The notes beneath the pieces are model-generated. The model saw only the letters and a program-made list of their open reading frames with translations, did no database searches and was not told where the DNA came from. Below, piece after piece: positions 57,049 through 64,000 of a DNA stretch of 64,000 nucleotides. Every line of letters begins with the position of its first letter. Position 1 is the stretch's first letter. This DNA comes from an uncultured Candidatus Saccharibacteria bacterium (GTDB lineage: Bacteria; Patescibacteriota; Minisyncoccia; Phycocordibacterales; Phycocordibacteraceae): NCBI GenBank assembly GCA_964402535.1, contig CAYOCH010000001.1, positions 72,286-136,285 of the forward strand. The letters run 5' to 3'. Position numbers and translations under genes: made by a program.

Positions 57049-57639
57049 ATGAAGCCGCTCCCTCAATCCTGCCCGCACCCCGTAGCCTTGGCGAAGGAGT
57101 GGTTCGCCGGAGATGCGGTCTCTCTTGCGCCGAAACTGCTGGGAAAGATCGTGAAGAAGGGCACATGCGAAGGGATCGTCGTCGAGACCGAGGCGTACAC
57201 GATAGACCCGGCGTCGCACGCGTTCCGCATCACCCCGAGGAGCCGCGCGATGCGCGACACCTACGGTCACTGGTACGTCTATTTCACCTACGGCATGCAC
57301 TGGTGTGCGAACGTGACGACCAACAAAGGTAGCGTCGGCGCAGTGCTCGTCCGCGCAGTCGAGCCGATCGCAGGTATCGCCCTCATGCAGCGCCGGCGAA
57401 AAGTAAAGAGGTCAGACCTCTTTACTCGCGAGCTGTGCAACGGACCGGCGAAGTTCTGCAAAGCGTTCGGTATCGCGCGCAAAGAGAACGGCCTTCCGGT
57501 CGGCGGCGAGTTTGCGATCTATGATGCACCGCCTGTTGCCCGCGAGGATATCGCCATCTCGACGCGCATCGGCGTCAAGAACGGCAAGGACTTGCTGTGG
57601 AGATTTTATGTGAAAGACAGCCCGTTTGTCAGCCGCTAA
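57049..57639 (+). CDS. 3-methyladenine DNA glycosylase (AAG/MPG family)
   Basis: IVVETEAY, YVYFTYGMHWCAN, AVLVRA, NGPAK. Confidence 0.92.
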   Translation: MKPLPQSCPHPVALAKEWFAGDAVSLAPKLLGKIVKKGTCEGIVVETEAYTIDPASHAFRITPRSRAMRDTYGHWYVYFTYGMHWCANVTTNKGSVGAVLVRAVEPIAGIALMQRRRKVKRSDLFTRELCNGPAKFCKAFGIARKENGLPVGGEFAIYDAPPVAREDIAISTRIGVKNGKDLLWRFYVKDSPFVSR

Positions 57640-57703
57640 CGCGTCGACTGATAGCCGCCGCGGACACTATGCGGAGACTATAGCGCCTTCATGAACGATC
57701 CAG

Positions 57704-59500
57704 TTAACGGCGTGCGCGGGCGCGGTCGGTCTCGGTGAGATGCTGTTTGCGCAACCGGACGGAAGTCGGCGTGATCTCGAGGTACTCGTCGTCCGCCATG
57801 ATCTCGAGCCCGCGTTCGATCGAGAGCTCGTAGGGCGGAATAAGGACGATTGCCTCGTCGGTACCCGAGGCGCGTACGTTCGACTGGCGCTTGCCCGTTG
57901 TTGGGTTCACCACCATCTCTTCGCCCTTGGCCGTGTTGCCGATCACCATGCCCTCGTAGACCTCGGTCGCCGGCTTGATATAGAGCGTGCCGCGGTTCTG
58001 CAGATTGTCGAGCGAATAGCCGAGCGCCTTGCCGGTCGCCATCGAGATCATCGAGCCGACCTGACGCTTCTTGATCTCACCCGCATACGGCTTGAAGCCG
58101 ATGAAACGTGACGAGAGGATGCCCTCGCCCTTAGTGTCGACGACGAAGATGTTCTTGTAGCCGAGGAGTCCGCGCGTAGGGCCGACGAGCGTGAGGCGCA
58201 CGCCGCCGCCCTCGACCTGCAAATCTTGGAGCTGGAAGGCGCGCTGCCCCAGCTTCTCGATGATCGCGCCCTGGAACTCTCCTGGCGTGTCGATTACGAC
58301 CTCCTCGAACGGCTCGAGCTTGACGCCGTTCTCTTCGTGCAAGATGACCTGCGGCTGCGAGACCTGCATCTCGTACCCCTCGCGGCGCATCTGCTCGAGC
58401 AATATTGAAATGTGGAGCTCGCCGCGGCCCGAGACCTTGAAGGCGTCTGCCGCCGAGGTGTCCACCTTGAGCCCGACGTTCACCTCGAGCTCCTTCTCAA
58501 GGCGATCGCGCAGTTGCCGGCTCGTGACGTACTTGCCCTCCCGCCCGGCAAATGGCGAGTTGTTGACTAAGAAGTCGAGCGCGATCGTCGGCTCATCCAC
58601 AGCAATCGCCGGCAAGGGCGCTGCCTGCTCATTGGTCGTGACCGTCTCGCCGATATAGATGTCCGGGAGACCGGCGATAAGCACGATGTCGCCCGCCGAC
58701 GCCTCGGTCGCCTCGACGCGCTCGAGTCCCTTGAAGGTGAAGACCTTGGTCGTGCGCTCGGCGCGCGTCTCACCCGACGGCTTCTTGACGAAGACCGCCT
58801 GGTTCGGCTTCACCGTGCCCTCGTAGATGCGGCCGACCGCGAGCCGGCCCATGAAGTTGTCATAGGCGAGGTTGAAGGGCTGCAGCATCAAGGGCGCGTC
58901 GGCCGAGGCGGTCGCGTTTGCGGCGGGAACTTTTTCGAGAATCGTATCGAGCAGCGGCGAGAGATCGCCCTCGCCGCTTGCGAGGAGGTCGTTAGGGTTC
59001 AAGCACGCGCGGCCGTCGCGGCCGATCGCGTAGACGACCGGGAAGCTGCTCTGCTCGTCGGACGCGCCGAGATCGAGGAAGAGCTCGAGCACCAGCTCCT
59101 CGCAGCGCGCCGGGTCTGCAGCCGGCTTGTCGATCTTGTTGATCACCACGATCGGCTTCAAGCCGAGCTCCAGGGACTTCTTAAGCACGAAGCGCGTCTG
59201 CGGCATCGGCCCCTCCTGCGCGTCGACGACCAAGAGCACCGAGTCGATCGAGCGCAGCACGCGCTCGACCTCTGAGCCGAAGTCGGCGTGACCCGGCGTG
59301 TCGACGATGTTGATCTTGGTGCCCTTGTATTCGACCGCCGCGTTCTTGGCGTAGATCGTGATGCCGCGCTCCTGCTCGAGCTTGTTCGAGTCCATCGAGA
59401 CGCTCGCGTCCGCCGCGCCCGTCTGGCGCAGGATATGATCGGTCAAGGTCGTCTTGCCGTGGTCGACGTGCGCGATGATGGCGATGTTGCGGATTTCCAT
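57704..59500 (-). CDS. typA: Translational GTPase TypA/BipA
   Basis: IRNIAIIAHVDHGKTT, GPMPQTRFV, GRGELH. Confidence 0.96.
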   Translation of the reverse strand: MEIRNIAIIAHVDHGKTTLTDHILRQTGAADASVSMDSNKLEQERGITIYAKNAAVEYKGTKINIVDTPGHADFGSEVERVLRSIDSVLLVVDAQEGPMPQTRFVLKKSLELGLKPIVVINKIDKPAADPARCEELVLELFLDLGASDEQSSFPVVYAIGRDGRACLNPNDLLASGEGDLSPLLDTILEKVPAANATASADAPLMLQPFNLAYDNFMGRLAVGRIYEGTVKPNQAVFVKKPSGETRAERTTKVFTFKGLERVEATEASAGDIVLIAGLPDIYIGETVTTNEQAAPLPAIAVDEPTIALDFLVNNSPFAGREGKYVTSRQLRDRLEKELEVNVGLKVDTSAADAFKVSGRGELHISILLEQMRREGYEMQVSQPQVILHEENGVKLEPFEEVVIDTPGEFQGAIIEKLGQRAFQLQDLQVEGGGVRLTLVGPTRGLLGYKNIFVVDTKGEGILSSRFIGFKPYAGEIKKRQVGSMISMATGKALGYSLDNLQNRGTLYIKPATEVYEGMVIGNTAKGEEMVVNPTTGKRQSNVRASGTDEAIVLIPPYELSIERGLEIMADDEYLEITPTSVRLRKQHLTETDRARARR

Positions 59501-59558
59501 TGAAATAAAAATGGCCGTCTGGCCGGTCATTTGAGCATAACACGCGAACAGCGCCCTG

Positions 59559-60335
59559 TCACTGCCGCAGGCCCAGCCCGATGCGGATCAGGTACCAGGC
59601 GAAGAGGAGGAAGGCGGCCGCGAAGACGAGCAGGATGCCGAGCGACATCATGAGCGGCACGTCAGCGATGCCGAGAAAGCCGTAGCGGAATCCGTTCACG
59701 ACGTAAAAGATCGGGTCGAACTTCGTGAGCGACGACCAGAACGGCGAGAGCGCCTGCGTCGAATAGAAGACGCCGCCCAGGTAGACAAGCGGCGTCAAGA
59801 CGAATGTCGGCACGATGTTGATGCCGTCGATCGACTTGGCGTAGATGCCGTTCACGAGCCCCGCGACCGAGAAGATGAGCGACGTGAGGACAAGGAAAAG
59901 GATGATGATCGCGATGCTATGCACCGCGAGGTGCGTGAAGAAGAGCGAGACCAAGAGCACGAGCGCGCCGATCAAGACGCCGCGGATCACGCCGCCTGAG
60001 ACATAGCCCGCGACGATCACCCACGGCGGCGTCGGCGAGACCAGGATCTCGTCGATGTTGCGCGCAAAGAACTTGGACATGAACATCGTGAACGAGGTGT
60101 TCATGTACGAATTGGTCACGACGGCGAGCATCACGAGCCCAGGGACGACGAACGAGATGTACGGAACGCCATGCACCTCGCCGATGCGAGAACCGAGGAA
60201 TGCGCCGAAGATGAGGAAGTACAAGACTGACGTGACGATGGACGGGAGAAACGTCTGCGCCCAGATGCGGATGATCCGCACGACGTCCTTGCGGACGATC
60301 GTGTAGAAGGAGATCCATGTCTCGTAGGGCGTCAT
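59559..60335 (-). CDS. ABC-2 transporter permease (YadH-like)
   Basis: FVVPGLVM, LGGVFYS, P.FYVVNGFRYG. Confidence 0.88.
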   Translation of the reverse strand: MTPYETWISFYTIVRKDVVRIIRIWAQTFLPSIVTSVLYFLIFGAFLGSRIGEVHGVPYISFVVPGLVMLAVVTNSYMNTSFTMFMSKFFARNIDEILVSPTPPWVIVAGYVSGGVIRGVLIGALVLLVSLFFTHLAVHSIAIIILFLVLTSLIFSVAGLVNGIYAKSIDGINIVPTFVLTPLVYLGGVFYSTQALSPFWSSLTKFDPIFYVVNGFRYGFLGIADVPLMMSLGILLVFAAAFLLFAWYLIRIGLGLRQ

Positions 60336-60336
60336 A

Positions 60337-61095
60337 CTATTTCTCTTGCGTGAGCTTGATGAACACCTCCTCGAGCCGGCCGCCGCGATACCCGCTGCCG
60401 TCAGAGGGTCCTTCATGCAGTGCGAGCACCTCCTCGAGCGTGCCGTCGACGATGATCTCGCCCTTGTTGATGATCGCGACGTGCTTGGCGAGCTGCTCGG
60501 CCTCTTCGAGGTAGTGCGTCGTGAGGATGATCGTCACGCCGCGCTTCGTGAGCTCGGTGAGGTAGTCCCACATCGAGCGGCGCAACTCGACGTCGACGCC
60601 CGCCGTCGGCTCGTCAAGGATCAGGAACTGCGGGTCGTTAATGAGCGCGCGAGCAATCATCAACCGCCGCTGCATCCCGCCTGAGAGCGTGCGCGCCTGG
60701 TCGAAGCGCTTCTCGTAGAGGCCGAGGTCGGCGAGTATCTTCTCGGCGCGCGGGATCGCGACCGAGCGCGGGATGCCGTAGTAGCCGCCCTGCGTCACGA
60801 CGATCTCGCGCACCTGACCGAAATAGTCGAAGTTGAGGTTCTGCGGGACGATGCCGATATGCCGGCGCGCCTTTTCAGGTGACTCATCCAAGTCGATACC
60901 CTCGACGAACACCTTGCCGCTCGTCTTGCCGACGAGCCCGGTGACGATCCCGATGATCGTCGTCTTCCCCGCCCCGTTCGGCCCCAAGAGCGCATAGAAA
61001 TCTCCCTTGGGGATCTCGAGCGAGACGCCCTTCAGAGCCTCGACGCCGTTGCCGTACGTCTTCTTGAGGTCACGGATCGAGAGTGCGGCAGCCAT
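60337..61095 (-). CDS. ABC transporter ATP-binding protein (YadG-like)
   Basis: GPNGAGKT, LSGGM, LDEPT. Confidence 0.92.
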   Translation of the reverse strand: MAAALSIRDLKKTYGNGVEALKGVSLEIPKGDFYALLGPNGAGKTTIIGIVTGLVGKTSGKVFVEGIDLDESPEKARRHIGIVPQNLNFDYFGQVREIVVTQGGYYGIPRSVAIPRAEKILADLGLYEKRFDQARTLSGGMQRRLMIARALINDPQFLILDEPTAGVDVELRRSMWDYLTELTKRGVTIILTTHYLEEAEQLAKHVAIINKGEIIVDGTLEEVLALHEGPSDGSGYRGGRLEEVFIKLTQEK

Positions 61096-61143
61096 GAGGC
61101 GGCAGTATAGCACCCAGCCGCCTGTGCGACCTGTGAAGAACGG

Positions 61144-62520
61144 CTACAAGAGCGCGTAGATGGCGGCGAGGCCGGAAGCGGCCATGAAGGCGACCGTGAT
61201 CCAGCCGAGGAGAGTCGTGAACGGACGATTCGCGTAGTCGCCCATGAGCCGTTTGCTCGCCGAAAGCTTCACGACGAAGTAGAGGATGATCGGCGCGACC
61301 ACGCCGTTTGCGACGGCGGCATAGATGAGCCCCTTGATCGGATCGAGATGCATGAAGTTGGCGACGATACCGAGCGCCATCGAGATGATGATCACGCCGT
61401 AGAAGGCGTAGGCCTCGTGCAGCTTGCGGTAGAGGCCGTAGCGCCAGCCGAAGCTCTCGGAGATCGCGTAGGCGGTGGAACCGGCCAAGACCGGCACCGA
61501 GAGGAGGCCGGTCCCGACGATTCCGAGTGTGAAGAGCAAGTACGCCATCTCGCCGAAGGGCTTCAAGGCGAGTGCCGCCTGATCGGCCGTCTGGATGTCG
61601 GTGATGCCGCTCGCATAGAGCGTGCCCGCGGTCGCGGCGAAGATGAAGAACGAGATGATGTTCGAGAAGAACATGCCGCTCCAGACGTCGATGCGCATCT
61701 GACGGATCGACCGGCGGTTCGAGCCCGCCTTGCGCTCCGCGATCGTCCGTTCGCCGTGCAAGATATTCTCCTCGACCTCTTGCGACGTCTGCCAGAAGAA
61801 GAGGTACGGCGAGATCGTCGTGCCGAGCACGGCCGCAAGCAAGATAAGCTGGTCCTTCTCAAATGAGAGCGAGGGCACGAGAGTGGCATGCAGCACGGCG
61901 CCCCAATCGAGATTGACCGTGAACGCGACCACCACATACGAGAGGAGCGCGAGCGTTAGGTACTTCAAATATTTCGCATACCGCGCATAGGTCGTGAAGA
62001 TCTGAAGCCCGAGCGTGACGAGAGCGAAGACGATCACCAACAGCTCGGTGCTGAACTGCGGGGCAAGGAGTCGCGTCGCCGCCGCCATCGCACCGAGATC
62101 TGCGGCGATATTGAAGGTGTTGGCGAAGAAGAGCAGCGCCGTCGCGCTATAGAGCGCGTAGCGCGGGTAGTGCCTGCGGATATTGGCTGCGAGCCCCTCT
62201 CCCGAGACGACGCCGATGCGCGCACACATCTCTTGTACTGTCGCCATGAACGGGAAGGTAAACAAGGAGGTCCAGATGAGGCCGAGGCCGTACTTCGCCC
62301 CCGCCTGCGAGTACGCCGCGATACCGGAGGGGTCGTCGTCTGCGGCGCCCGTCGTGAGCCCAGGACCGAGCGTGGTCCAATATTCCTCTGCGAGCTTGAA
62401 GGGCTTCTTGCTGATCAGGATGCGCTCCTCGCGCTCCACGACGACGATCGTCTCTTCGAGCACGCGCGCCGGCGCTTCTGCTGCTTCTTCGAGCTCGTCG
62501 CGAAAATCAGGTGAGGCCAT
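61144..62520 (-). CDS. NRAMP-family divalent metal transporter
   Basis: GPGLTTGAADDDPSG, LGTTISPY. Confidence 0.85.
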   Translation of the reverse strand: MASPDFRDELEEAAEAPARVLEETIVVVEREERILISKKPFKLAEEYWTTLGPGLTTGAADDDPSGIAAYSQAGAKYGLGLIWTSLFTFPFMATVQEMCARIGVVSGEGLAANIRRHYPRYALYSATALLFFANTFNIAADLGAMAAATRLLAPQFSTELLVIVFALVTLGLQIFTTYARYAKYLKYLTLALLSYVVVAFTVNLDWGAVLHATLVPSLSFEKDQLILLAAVLGTTISPYLFFWQTSQEVEENILHGERTIAERKAGSNRRSIRQMRIDVWSGMFFSNIISFFIFAATAGTLYASGITDIQTADQAALALKPFGEMAYLLFTLGIVGTGLLSVPVLAGSTAYAISESFGWRYGLYRKLHEAYAFYGVIIISMALGIVANFMHLDPIKGLIYAAVANGVVAPIILYFVVKLSASKRLMGDYANRPFTTLLGWITVAFMAASGLAAIYALL

Positions 62521-62599
62521 TGCAACCATCATACCCGACCGCACCCGCTCTAAGAACAAGGCGCCGTGGGTACGGCGCCTGAACGAGTGCCACACAGCA

Positions 62600-63121
62600 T
62601 CACGCGAACAGATCATCGCCGCGAACCGGCACGTGTTTACCGAGAAGGCGTACCGCACCGTCACGGACGACCGCCCAGACAGCGTCCGCCGCGTACAGTG
62701 AACCGTCGTGCGCGAGCGAATAGCCCATCACTGCCGCGTCGCCGATGACGAATTCGAGCAGCTCCTCTTCAGCAAGAGCGAATCGCGGCTCGCGGCGGAT
62801 CTGCTCCGAACCGAAATACATCGTCATGAACGAACGGTCGATCCGGAGCTCCACATACCGTTCTGTCGGCAGTGCGCAGCGGCCAGTCGAGTCGAACAAC
62901 ACGTCTTCGCCCGCAAGGATGCCGATCACGCACCGGCTCTCGCCGAATATGCCTGGGCAGTGCATCGTACTTCGGATGGATACGGATGTGTCGGAGAAGA
63001 TGCCGTCATGCGGATCGCGGCTGACCGCTAAGAACAGTTCGCCGCGCTTCCCTCTCAATAGCTGCCGCAGCTTGCTGATGCGCGCCGCGTAGAACGACTG
63101 CACGTTACTGACATCATTCAT
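62600..63121 (-). CDS. Hypothetical protein
   Basis: 173-aa ORF with GAGGTG SD. Confidence 0.55.
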   Translation of the reverse strand: MNDVSNVQSFYAARISKLRQLLRGKRGELFLAVSRDPHDGIFSDTSVSIRSTMHCPGIFGESRCVIGILAGEDVLFDSTGRCALPTERYVELRIDRSFMTMYFGSEQIRREPRFALAEEELLEFVIGDAAVMGYSLAHDGSLYAADAVWAVVRDGAVRLLGKHVPVRGDDLFA

Positions 63122-63242
63122 GACACACCTCGCTCGGTTGATGGTTGAAGGTTCTTCTCAGTAGGTGATACACGAACACTCATGAAGGTGACATGAAGAG
63201 CTCATGTAAGCGCCGCAGCGAGAGGTGCGCTATAGTGCCCGC

Positions 63243-63950
63243 ATGACAGATGATTTCCCGATGCGGATCAATAAATATCTCGCCCATATGGGCGTCTCGA
63301 CGCGCCGCGGCGCAGACGAGCTTGTCGCGCGCGGCGCCGTGCTTTTAAACGGCCGCGTCGCAGCGATCGGCGACCAGGTGCAAGAGGGCGACCGTGTCGA
63401 GGTGCGCGGCAGGCGCACGCACAAGGCGTACCGCTACTTCGCCTACAACAAGCCGGTCGGCGTCGTGACACACTCGCCGCAGCACGGCGAGAAAGAGGTG
63501 AGGCACGGCGTGCCGAAGGGCGTCTTCCCCATCGGCCGGCTCGACAAGGACTCGAGCGGGCTCCTCATCCTCACGGACGACGGACGAGTCACCGACCGGC
63601 TCCTAAACCCGCGCTTCGACCACGACAAGGAGTATCGCGTGCGCACGCTCGACCCGCTCCGGGGCAGCTTCAAGCAGGCGATGGAGAAGGGCGTGGATAT
63701 CGAGGGATACCTGACCGCACCGTGTACGGTGCGTAAGACCGGCCCCAACTCATTCCACATCACCCTCACCGAGGGCAAGAAGCATCAGATCCGCCGCATG
63801 GTCGCAGCGCTGCACAACCAGGTGACCGAGCTCGTCCGCGTGCGCGTCTTGAATATCCGCCTCGGCGACCTTGCAGAGGGCGCATGGCGCCCGATCGCAG
63901 GCGCAGAGCTTGCAGAGTTCTTGAATACGATCGGCCTAGCTGCCGACTGA
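63243..63950 (+). CDS. RsuA/RluB/RluF-family pseudouridine synthase
   Basis: S4 domain, NKP.G, GRLDKDSSGL, EGKKHQIRRM. Confidence 0.92.
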   Translation: MTDDFPMRINKYLAHMGVSTRRGADELVARGAVLLNGRVAAIGDQVQEGDRVEVRGRRTHKAYRYFAYNKPVGVVTHSPQHGEKEVRHGVPKGVFPIGRLDKDSSGLLILTDDGRVTDRLLNPRFDHDKEYRVRTLDPLRGSFKQAMEKGVDIEGYLTAPCTVRKTGPNSFHITLTEGKKHQIRRMVAALHNQVTELVRVRVLNIRLGDLAEGAWRPIAGAELAEFLNTIGLAAD

Positions 63951-64000
63951 GCGGCGGCCCCAGTGGATGTGCGCCCACACGCGCTCGTGCAGGTAGTAGA

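Overview
High-GC bacterial chromosome window that looks like a Patescibacteria/Parcubacteria (CPR) genome. The evidence is compact, mostly leaderless core genes, mostly CCA-less tRNA genes, a tRNA-Ile(UAU), a C-terminally short ValS and a long tmRNA tag. It holds mainly housekeeping genes (gyrA, rpsA, pth, lepB, ftsA/Z, trxB, tsaD, valS, lepA, murJ, nrdJ, recG, ftsH, smpB, typA), rnpB, ssrA and 8 tRNAs. The standout is a 4.3-kb large-serine-recombinase element (19778-24108) at the 3' end of tRNA-Glu(UUC), built as core-A-[cargo]-A'-core'-B-[recombinase]-B'-core. Two perfect inverted-repeat pairs (216 bp and 116 bp) meet at an internal, inverted, intact copy of the inferred attP. The repeats are highly structured, the recombinase leader is complementary to its own 3' coding end, and the recombinase C-terminus would change on excision or inversion. 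Other notable points are palindromes inserted in frame in core genes, a LAGLIDADG ORF overlapping tRNA-Ser, several apparent pseudoenzymes, and self-contained SD-led orphan gene cassettes. All calls were made by eye; no searches or folding programs were run.
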